Of a stretch of DNA of 64,000 bases, positions 38,548 through 46,392 are shown in pieces. Source of the stretch: a bacterium (lineage in GTDB: Bacteria; RBG-13-61-14; DATKZS01). The translations under genes were made by a program, and so were the position numbers. The stretch covers positions 768,001 through 832,000 of the forward strand of contig CAXXFL010000007.1 of the NCBI GenBank assembly GCA_963674965.2, read 5' to 3'. Numbering within the stretch: the stretch's first letter is position 1; every line of letters starts with the position of its first letter. The notes under the pieces were generated by a model, which was not told the origin of the DNA, did not search any database, and was given only the letters and a program-made list of their open reading frames with translations.

Positions 38548-39633
38548 ATGGCTCAAAAGGACGCTGAACTTGAAAGGGCGATAAGACGCGCCCTGGGCAA
38601 GCCCAGCGGAGATATCAGGAAGTCCGACTTGGCCGGTATGACCGAATTGGAGGCCAGCGGCCTCGGGATCAAATACCTTTTCGGTATCCAATTCTGCTCG
38701 TCGCTAAAAACCCTCGACCTTTCATACAACGCCGTCTCCGATCTGGCTCCCCTTAAAGAACTGCCCAGTCTGGAAACGCTGATCCTCGATGGAAACGAGA
38801 TTTCCAATATTTCCGCCCTGTCGTCCCTGTCCAACTTGAAAAAACTCGACCTGACGGGAAACGCGGGGATCAGCGACCTCTCTTCCCTCGCGTCCCTCAC
38901 CCGTCTCGAGGTCCTTTACCTGTCGCATAATTACGAAGTCCAGGACCTGGGCCCGCTCGCCGGCCTCGTGAACCTGACCGAGCTGTCCATAGCCGGAAAC
39001 GACGAGGTTTCCGCCCTGGCCTCGATCGGGACCCTTACCAGCCGGGCCTGGATTAAGCTTCAACACTGCGAGATAAAAGACTTAAGCCCGCTGTCGAAAA
39101 TGACCCGGATGAAAAAACTGGACCTCTCGGGAAACAAAATCGAGGATATCTCTCCCCTGGCCGGCATGATCGAGCTCGAGTCCCTCAAATCCTCGGGGAA
39201 CAGGGCCGGCAACCTCGAGCCCCTCAGGCTCCTGACCAACCTCGAGTACATCAACCTCTCGGGCAACAAGGTCCACGACTTGAGTCCCATATCCGGCCTT
39301 ATCAACCTGAAAACCTTGAGCCTCGCCGCCAACGGAGTCTCCGATATATCTCCGCTCGCCGGCCTGCGCAACCTGGAAAGACTGAACCTGGAGCACAACC
39401 TTATCAAGGACGTCACGGCTCTGGCCGGCCTTTCCTCGTTGCGCGAATTGTCGATATACAAGAACGAGATCGAGGACATAGGCCCCCTGGTGGAAAACTC
39501 CAGGTCCGGCGGACTTGGCCAGGGGGACAGGGTGCACATGGGGAAAAATCCTCTCTCCGATAAATCCTTGAACGAGCACGCCTCTTACTTGAAGGAACGA
39601 GGAGTAAAGGTCAGGTTGGAAAGGAAATCTTAG
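38548..39633 (+). CDS. Internalin-like leucine-rich repeat protein
   Basis: 22-aa L..L.L..N.ISDLSPL repeats; N-cap D.ELERAIRRALGKP.G.I; C-cap GLGQGDRV..NPLS; no signal peptide. Confidence 0.92.
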   Translation: MAQKDAELERAIRRALGKPSGDIRKSDLAGMTELEASGLGIKYLFGIQFCSSLKTLDLSYNAVSDLAPLKELPSLETLILDGNEISNISALSSLSNLKKLDLTGNAGISDLSSLASLTRLEVLYLSHNYEVQDLGPLAGLVNLTELSIAGNDEVSALASIGTLTSRAWIKLQHCEIKDLSPLSKMTRMKKLDLSGNKIEDISPLAGMIELESLKSSGNRAGNLEPLRLLTNLEYINLSGNKVHDLSPISGLINLKTLSLAANGVSDISPLAGLRNLERLNLEHNLIKDVTALAGLSSLRELSIYKNEIEDIGPLVENSRSGGLGQGDRVHMGKNPLSDKSLNEHASYLKERGVKVRLERKS

Positions 39634-39688
39634 CCGGCCGCCGGCATGGTCGGCCCTCGAGCGATATATCGGTACGCGCCCGATTTAG

Positions 39689-39717
39689 TTGATATCGCCG
39701 GCCAAACATTATAATAT
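39689..39717 (+). promoter_or_regulatory. Putative sigma70 promoter for the FHA gene
   Basis: TTGATA followed by TATAAT (15-nt spacer) or TAATAT (17-nt spacer). Confidence 0.4.
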
Positions 39718-39767
39718 GAACGCGTTAATCTTCAAGATCGCTTAGGATTTCAGTATAAAGGAGGCTT

Positions 39768-40169
39768 ATGATGGCTAACGCCAAGGGTACGATGCATATC
39801 GAGGAGGCCAGGAAAAGACTTCGCGACGACATTCAGGTCCTTCTCAGCGTCACGAACGGGCCGGACTCCGGCAAGAAATTTGAAATCGAGTACCTGGAGA
39901 TATCGCTGGGGAGGGGCGGAAGCGGCAACGATTACGACGTCGAGTTCACCGACAACTACATCAGCGGCTCGGCCGGCGCCCACGCCTTCATCAATTTCAG
40001 CGGGAAGAACATTTACATCCAGGACAACGAAAGCACCAACGGCACCTTCGTTGACGGAAAGCAGGCCCATCCCCGGGAGATCGAGGAAATCATTCCGGGC
40101 AAGACCGTGGTCCGGCTGGGCAAGAAGACCGAGTTTAAAATCGATATCAGGAAACGCCCCAAAGCGTAA
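39768..40169 (+). CDS. Stand-alone FHA domain protein
   Basis: LGR, IS....HA and STNGTFVDG signatures; AAGGAGG Shine-Dalgarno. Confidence 0.92.
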   Translation: MMANAKGTMHIEEARKRLRDDIQVLLSVTNGPDSGKKFEIEYLEISLGRGGSGNDYDVEFTDNYISGSAGAHAFINFSGKNIYIQDNESTNGTFVDGKQAHPREIEEIIPGKTVVRLGKKTEFKIDIRKRPKA

Positions 40170-40354
40170 AGGCCGTTTTCAGCGGGACTCTCCAATTCCA
40201 CCCGCGAGTGGAAACAAAGGGGAAGCGGCGATCGACTCTCGCCCGCGCGGCCGCCGGGAGTAAGGCGGGGCGCGGGCTTCTTTTTGGACGTGGCCGGCCC
40301 GCGACGAAGTGGAGACCGCGTTGCAACGCGGCCCGGATTCTTGGAGGAAATGAA

Positions 40355-41818
40355 TTGATTTGTCCAGTCTGTGAAAAGGAAATCGCCGACGGGTCCACCT
40401 TCTGCGACAAGTGCGGCGCCAGGTTTGCCCCTCCTAAACCCAAAGACGCGGCGCCTAAACAAGAAGCCGCCGCGCCCGGACAGAGTTACGAGAAAAGCCT
40501 GGAGATACTGGACAAAAGTTTCCTGCAAGGCAAGATCAGCTCGGAAGAGTACATGATGCTGAAGGAAGAGCTGAATGAGCGCTTTAAAAAGGCCGGGGCC
40601 TCTCCGGTCCAGGAAGTTGAGGAGGGGGCCGATTACGATGATTTTTCATGGGAAAGCTCCGACTCGGCCGAGGTGGACGAGACTTTAACGGACGGCGAGA
40701 TGGTCGAGTGTCCCATTTGCGGAAAGACGATCGGCAAGGACAGCGGCTTCTGGTGCAAGAAATGCAATCGCGATTATATCTGCTTCGAGCACCGCCATCC
40801 TCGGACGGGCCACTGCTCGGAATGCATGGCCCCACCCAAGCCCAAGGAGGTCGTGCATGAGCCCCCCCCCGAGCCCGAGAAGCCGAAGGTTAACCCGGCC
40901 CTACTCAAGGAATTCAAGATCATGCGCGGGCACGTGGCCGGGATCAACTCCATGCACGTCTGCAAGGACGGCAAACAACTCGTGACCTCCAGCAACGACA
41001 CGACCATGAAGATATGGAACATCAGGAGCGGAAAGGTCGCCCAGTCCCATCCTGGAATCGACGTGCCTTTCAACTCCGTCAAGTTCGCGCCGGACAAAAA
41101 GTTCGTGCTCGCCGGCGGCCGGGACTCGAAAGTCTACGTGTGGGAGCTGTTCACGGGAAAAATCTTCAAGATCGGGACCCACGACAACGAGGTCACGGCG
41201 GTGGCCATCTCTCCGGACGGCGCCTTTGCCTTCTCCTCCTCCGTGGACGGCAAGGTCTGCCAGTGGGAAATCACCCCCTACGAGAAGCCGCCTCACGTCT
41301 TTCAGGAGGGCAACGGGCCCGTCAACGACATGGCCCTGTCCCCTGACGGACAAAGGCTGATCGCCGGCGGCGACGATAATATCGTCAGGGTCTACTCCGT
41401 GGAAACGGGCAAATTGGAAGCCGAGCTCTCGGGACACGACAAGGAAATACTTTCCGTCGCCTTTTCCTCGGACGGCGAGAGCGCGGTCACGGGCGGCAAG
41501 GACAAGGCCCTTAAGCTGTGGGAGGTCTCGTCGGGCGAGTTGGCGGGCGGTTTCGAGACCGTGGGGTTCGTCACCGCGGCGGCCATCTCCCCGGACAAAA
41601 GGTACCTGCTTTCCGGGGAGGGGGCGGTTGGAGAAGAGACCGGCCGCTCCGGATCCGAGTTCGAGGTTACCCTCTGGGACCTCGAGACGGGAGAGGACGT
41701 GAGAAACTACGTGGGACACGAGGACTCGATAACTTCGGTCATGTTTCTGCCCTATTCCAAGTTCGTGGCTTCCGCCTCGGCCGACAACACCATCAGGACC
41801 TGGAGGGTCCCGGAATAA
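40355..41818 (+). CDS. Zinc ribbon + SHOCT-like helix pair + Cys/His finger + 7x WD40 protein
   Basis: GGAGG before TTG 40355; CPVC..CDKC; LDKSFLQGKISSEEYMMLK; CPIC..CKKC..CFEH..CSEC; seven WD40 repeats. Confidence 0.88.
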   Translation: MICPVCEKEIADGSTFCDKCGARFAPPKPKDAAPKQEAAAPGQSYEKSLEILDKSFLQGKISSEEYMMLKEELNERFKKAGASPVQEVEEGADYDDFSWESSDSAEVDETLTDGEMVECPICGKTIGKDSGFWCKKCNRDYICFEHRHPRTGHCSECMAPPKPKEVVHEPPPEPEKPKVNPALLKEFKIMRGHVAGINSMHVCKDGKQLVTSSNDTTMKIWNIRSGKVAQSHPGIDVPFNSVKFAPDKKFVLAGGRDSKVYVWELFTGKIFKIGTHDNEVTAVAISPDGAFAFSSSVDGKVCQWEITPYEKPPHVFQEGNGPVNDMALSPDGQRLIAGGDDNIVRVYSVETGKLEAELSGHDKEILSVAFSSDGESAVTGGKDKALKLWEVSSGELAGGFETVGFVTAAAISPDKRYLLSGEGAVGEETGRSGSEFEVTLWDLETGEDVRNYVGHEDSITSVMFLPYSKFVASASADNTIRTWRVPE

Positions 41819-41920
41819 TCCACCATGACCGCGCGGTTTCAGGCCACGGGAAACGGCCTTTCCCTATTTCATCGGCTTGGACCGCGTCCGGCCTTTCGCC
41901 CCGCTTGGAGGTAACCGCGA

Positions 41921-44900
41921 TTGGGCAAGGACGTTAAGGGGGCTGGCGTAAAGGAACGCGGACTGCTTTTCGGCCTCCTGGCCGTGCAGCTCGGTTTCAT
42001 TACTCCCGAGCAGCTTACCGCCGCGGCCGGAGAATGGGCCGTGGACCCCTCCGCCGACATCGGCGAGTCCATGGTGCGCTCGCGATACATCACCGAGATT
42101 CAGAAATCTTCCATTGACGCCCTCCTCCTTACCAAGGTCAGTTCCCACGGCGGCGACATGAAAAGCACCCTGGCCTCGGTGGACGAGGACGTTAAAGGGT
42201 CCATGATTCCAGGAAGCGAGGACTTGACGGCCGACTTCGAGAGGGCGGCCCGCCGGAGCGGACACGCCCGGGGCGGCGTGGTCGTAAAGGGCCCCGACGC
42301 GGGGCGCAAAAAAGAGCCTCCCCCCATGGGCAGGGTCGATATTTCCTTCGGGGAGCCGGAGAAGAAAGAAGAAGAAGACGAGGAGGATTCCGTCGATTAC
42401 GACTTCCGGGACGCGCCGACCGTGACTAAAATGCCCAGCGCGGCCGATCTCATCCGCCTCAAGGACGAGGAAAGAAAAAAGGACGCCGCCGGGACCCTGA
42501 TCGACGAGGAGGAAGAGGAAGAGGACGACGACCAAACCAAGACCATCTCTCGCGGCGTCGGCACGCTGGTGGACGAACCCGTCCCCGAGTCGGCGGCAAA
42601 GCCGGAGACGGCCGGCGGCACGATGGTCGATTCCCCCGCCAGGGGACCTGAAAAGACCAAAGCGTCGTCCGGCCCCGCGGGGACCCTTGACGCCCGGGAG
42701 GAGGAAGAGGATGAACCCCCGTCCTCCGCTCGGACCGAGATCGACGGCCTCGAGATAGACGGATGGGCCGCCGACGATGACGAGGAAGATGACGACGACG
42801 TAATCTGGTCCGACGGCGCCGAACTGGACGACCGGGCCGAGGACTCGACCATCGACAGCCAGTTCGCCAGCCTGGTGGACACGGAAAGCCTGACCACCGA
42901 GCACAAGGGAAGATACATTATCAGGTCCGAGCAGGGAAGAGGGGCCATCGGCCGGGTGCTGGTGGTCTTCGACCAGCACATAGGACGCGAGGTCGCCCTC
43001 AAGGAACTTCTCGTCACCTCGAGGCGAGCGAAAAGAAAGGGCAAACAAGCCGGCGAAGTGGACGAGGCCACGGCCCGTTTCCTGGGCGAGGCTCGCGTCA
43101 CGGGCATCCTCGAGCACCCCGGCATCGTGCCCGTTTACGAGATAGCCAGAAGGCAGGACGGCTCGATCTACTACACCATGAAGCTGGTCCGGGGGGAGAC
43201 CCTCGAGGAGAAGATCGAGGCGTGCAGGACCATGCGCGACCGCTACGCCCTGCTCAACAGTTTTCTCGATCTCTGCCAGGCCCTGGCTTACGCCCACTCG
43301 ATGGGAGTCATTCACCGGGACATCAAGCCCGCCAACGTCATGATCGGGGAATTCGGCGAGACGGTCGTGCTCGACTGGGGCATAGCCAAGATCAAGGGCG
43401 TGCAGGAAACGGCCAAGGCCTTCACGGCCGACGATATAAACATCATGATGTTCGGGAGCGGGGGCCACACCGTGGCGGGCAAGCCGATCGGCACGCCCTG
43501 CTACATGAGTCCCGAGCAGGCCGAGGGCGCCCTCGACGTGATCGACGAGAAGAGCGACGTGTGGAGCCTGGGAGCCGTCCTTTTCGAGCTCCTGTCCGGC
43601 CAGCCCCCCTACACGGGCGAGTCGGCCTGGGACGTGGTGGGCAAGGTCCTCAAGGACCCGGCCCCATCGGTCAGGGAGGCCGCGCCTCAGGCGGCCCCCG
43701 AGCTTTGCGCCATCTGCGACAAGTGCCTTACCAAGGACAGGGACAAAAGATACAAGAACGCCAGCCGGCTGGCGGCGGACATAAAGAATTTCCTCGACGG
43801 ATCGAGGGTCTCGGCCTACGACTACTTCTCCACCTCCGTGGACATGAGGGTCATCGGCCGCTACCTCATGCAGAGATGGCCGGTGGTCGCGACCATCGGC
43901 GTGGCCCTTTTCATTCTCGGCATCTTCGGGGGCTGGTCCTTCCAGAGGATCGGCCACGAGAGAGACATCGCCATCCAAACCGGCGAGGACCTGAAAACGA
44001 CCCTGACCGACGGCTACATATCCAAGCGAAAGCAGGCGGTGGCCGAAAAGGCATGGGGAAGCGCCGAGGTTTACGCCTCCATGATCCTGACCCTGCGGGA
44101 CACCATGAAGGACCGCTACGGGGTCAGCTATTACCGAACCATGCGTCCCCTCAAGCTTAAGTCCATCCTGAGCGGGCACAAGGACAAGGTCATGAAGGTC
44201 CTTTTCAGCCCGGACGGAAAAACCCTGGCCTCCCAAAGCGTGGACGGGACCGCCAAGCTGTGGGAGGTCTCCACCGGGAAACTTCTTCATTCCTTCGAGG
44301 GACACAAGGCCTGGGTGTCGTCCATGGCCTTCAGCCCGGGGGGAAGGACCCTGGCCACGGGCGGAAGAGACAACGCGCTTTACGTCTGGGACACTTACTC
44401 GGGCCGGACCCTTCAGGCCAAGGAGGAAGCCCACCTGGGCTGGATCACCAACGTGGCCTTCAGCCCCGACGGCAGGACCATAGCAACGGCCAGCAGGGAC
44501 AGGACCATAAAAATCTGGGACGCCTTCTCCGGACAGCTTCTGAACCTTTTGTTCGGACACGCGGGGGACGTGAACTGCATCGCCTTCAGCCCCGACGGAC
44601 GCTTCCTGGCCTCGGGCAGCAAGGACAAGACGGTCAAGGTCTGGGACATGGAGACGGCGAAGCTGAAGTACGATATGAAGGGCCACGAGGGCCTTAATGA
44701 GGACGTCTTTAACGTGGCCTACAGCCCCGACGGCCAGTATATTGCCTCGGGCGCCTTTAACGGCGTGATCATATTGTGGAGCGCCACCACTGGCGAGATG
44801 GTCGCGAAGATGAAAGAGCACACCATGATGGTTAACGACCTGACCTTCAACGAGAGGGGCGACAAACTGGCCTCCGCTGGTTGGGACGGGTCGGTCAAGA

Positions 44901-46333
44901 TATGGGACGTTCCCGCCGGCGTCATGGCCCATTCCCTGGAGGGGCACGGCCAAAGGGTCGTGTCGGTTGACTTCAGCTCGGACGGCAAATACCTGGCCTC
45001 CGCCGGGCTCGACGGGTCGGCCCGGCTGTGGAACCCTACTTCCGGCCAACTCCTGTTCACCCTGCAGGGACATCCGGGCTCCGTGTACGACGCGCTTTTC
45101 AGTCCCGACTCGAAATACCTGGCCACCTGCGGCCTTGACGCCAACGTGAAGCTCTGGCAGGTTTCCTCCTCGAAGATCGACCTGGAGGAGGATGACAACA
45201 AGGTAACCAAGATAGCCTTCAGCCCCGACGGAAGCTGCCTGGCCTCGGTGAGCGAGGACAACAGGATCAAGATATGGAGCCCGCAAAAGGGAAAACTCCA
45301 GACCCTGGCCATGCACACGGACTCCATCAGGGCCATCTCCTTCAGCCCCGACGGAAGGATACTGGCCTCGGCCGGAGACGACTTTACCGTGAAGCTGTGG
45401 AACGTCAGGTCGGGCAAGCTTCTACGGTCATTTGACAACCACGTGGACACCGTCACCTCGGTCGCCTTCAACAAGGAGGGAAGCTACCTGATCTCCGGGA
45501 GCGAGGACAAGACCATCAAGGTCTGGGACACCTACCTGGGGGAAATGGTGGTGAACTTCAACGCTCACGAGGGGGCCGTAACGTCGATAAAAGTCAGTCC
45601 ACACGAGGGCAACGTCTTCGCCTCGGCGGGCAAGGACGGAGTGGTCAAGCTGTGGGACCTGGACAAAATCTTACAGAAGAAAGAGGGGATATTCATTCAC
45701 GAGCTGAAAGGCCACAAGGGATCGGTCCTGGAATTGGCCTTCTCCCCGGATGGAATCACGCTGGCATCCGCGGGCAAGGACGGGACGGCGAAAATATGGA
45801 ACGCGGCGGCGGGAAAAATCGAGCACGACCTGAAGGGGCACAGGGGAGCGGTCAGGGTCATCGCCTTCAGCCCCGACGGAAAAATCCTCGCCACCGGAAG
45901 CTCGGACGAGACGGTCAAACTCTGGATGACCGACACGGGCAGACCCATCAACGAAGATGAAAACCAGATAAGACATAAAAGCTGGATAAGCTGCCTCGCC
46001 TTCAGCCCCGACGGAAAAATCCTCGCCACCGGGAGCTGGGACAACACGGTCAAGCTATGGATAGCCCAGACCGGAGAACTCATCTCCTCACTCGACGAGC
46101 ACTCCGACGTGGTCAACGACCTCGCCTTCAGTCCCGACGGGTCCTACCTGGCCACCGCCAGCTACGATAATTCCATCATGCTCTGGCCCTTCGATAAAAA
46201 CGTCTTGAGCGGAGACCCCAAGGAACTGCTCGAGACCTCTCAATTGGAAAACGGACTCGTCATCGAGGGACTGGACCTCGTGCCTTGGACGCCGGAAAAA
46301 CCGGGCGAGAGCGACGGCTCCTCCGTCGAGTGA
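41921..46333 (+). CDS. Hanks-type Ser/Thr kinase with acidic N-terminal region, TM helix and 16 WD40 repeats
   Basis: GRGAIG, VALK, HRDIKPAN, DWG, GTPCYMSPEQ, SDVWSLG; hydrophobic helix WPVVATIGVALFILGIFGGW; 16 WD40 repeats counted; GGAGG before TTG. Confidence 0.95.
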   Translation: MGKDVKGAGVKERGLLFGLLAVQLGFITPEQLTAAAGEWAVDPSADIGESMVRSRYITEIQKSSIDALLLTKVSSHGGDMKSTLASVDEDVKGSMIPGSEDLTADFERAARRSGHARGGVVVKGPDAGRKKEPPPMGRVDISFGEPEKKEEEDEEDSVDYDFRDAPTVTKMPSAADLIRLKDEERKKDAAGTLIDEEEEEEDDDQTKTISRGVGTLVDEPVPESAAKPETAGGTMVDSPARGPEKTKASSGPAGTLDAREEEEDEPPSSARTEIDGLEIDGWAADDDEEDDDDVIWSDGAELDDRAEDSTIDSQFASLVDTESLTTEHKGRYIIRSEQGRGAIGRVLVVFDQHIGREVALKELLVTSRRAKRKGKQAGEVDEATARFLGEARVTGILEHPGIVPVYEIARRQDGSIYYTMKLVRGETLEEKIEACRTMRDRYALLNSFLDLCQALAYAHSMGVIHRDIKPANVMIGEFGETVVLDWGIAKIKGVQETAKAFTADDINIMMFGSGGHTVAGKPIGTPCYMSPEQAEGALDVIDEKSDVWSLGAVLFELLSGQPPYTGESAWDVVGKVLKDPAPSVREAAPQAAPELCAICDKCLTKDRDKRYKNASRLAADIKNFLDGSRVSAYDYFSTSVDMRVIGRYLMQRWPVVATIGVALFILGIFGGWSFQRIGHERDIAIQTGEDLKTTLTDGYISKRKQAVAEKAWGSAEVYASMILTLRDTMKDRYGVSYYRTMRPLKLKSILSGHKDKVMKVLFSPDGKTLASQSVDGTAKLWEVSTGKLLHSFEGHKAWVSSMAFSPGGRTLATGGRDNALYVWDTYSGRTLQAKEEAHLGWITNVAFSPDGRTIATASRDRTIKIWDAFSGQLLNLLFGHAGDVNCIAFSPDGRFLASGSKDKTVKVWDMETAKLKYDMKGHEGLNEDVFNVAYSPDGQYIASGAFNGVIILWSATTGEMVAKMKEHTMMVNDLTFNERGDKLASAGWDGSVKIWDVPAGVMAHSLEGHGQRVVSVDFSSDGKYLASAGLDGSARLWNPTSGQLLFTLQGHPGSVYDALFSPDSKYLATCGLDANVKLWQVSSSKIDLEEDDNKVTKIAFSPDGSCLASVSEDNRIKIWSPQKGKLQTLAMHTDSIRAISFSPDGRILASAGDDFTVKLWNVRSGKLLRSFDNHVDTVTSVAFNKEGSYLISGSEDKTIKVWDTYLGEMVVNFNAHEGAVTSIKVSPHEGNVFASAGKDGVVKLWDLDKILQKKEGIFIHELKGHKGSVLELAFSPDGITLASAGKDGTAKIWNAAAGKIEHDLKGHRGAVRVIAFSPDGKILATGSSDETVKLWMTDTGRPINEDENQIRHKSWISCLAFSPDGKILATGSWDNTVKLWIAQTGELISSLDEHSDVVNDLAFSPDGSYLATASYDNSIMLWPFDKNVLSGDPKELLETSQLENGLVIEGLDLVPWTPEKPGESDGSSVE

Positions 46334-46392
46334 CCCGCCCGCCCATACGGTCTCTCGTCGTAGTAGCGCGGCGAGCCTGGAGGAGATATTTC

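Noticed and set aside
40208-40354. 49-aa N-terminal extension of the WD40 protein
   Set aside because: A strong GGAGG precedes TTG 40355, where the zinc ribbon begins.
41864-45316. 1150-aa antisense ORF over the kinase-WD40 gene
   Set aside because: Mirror-frame artefact; its periodicity reflects the WD40 repeats.
44200-46150. Regularly spaced DNA repeats suggesting a CRISPR array or a DGR template/variable pair
   Set aside because: Spacing of about 126 nt matches in-frame WD40 units; no cas or reverse transcriptase gene, and no adenine-specific mismatch pattern.
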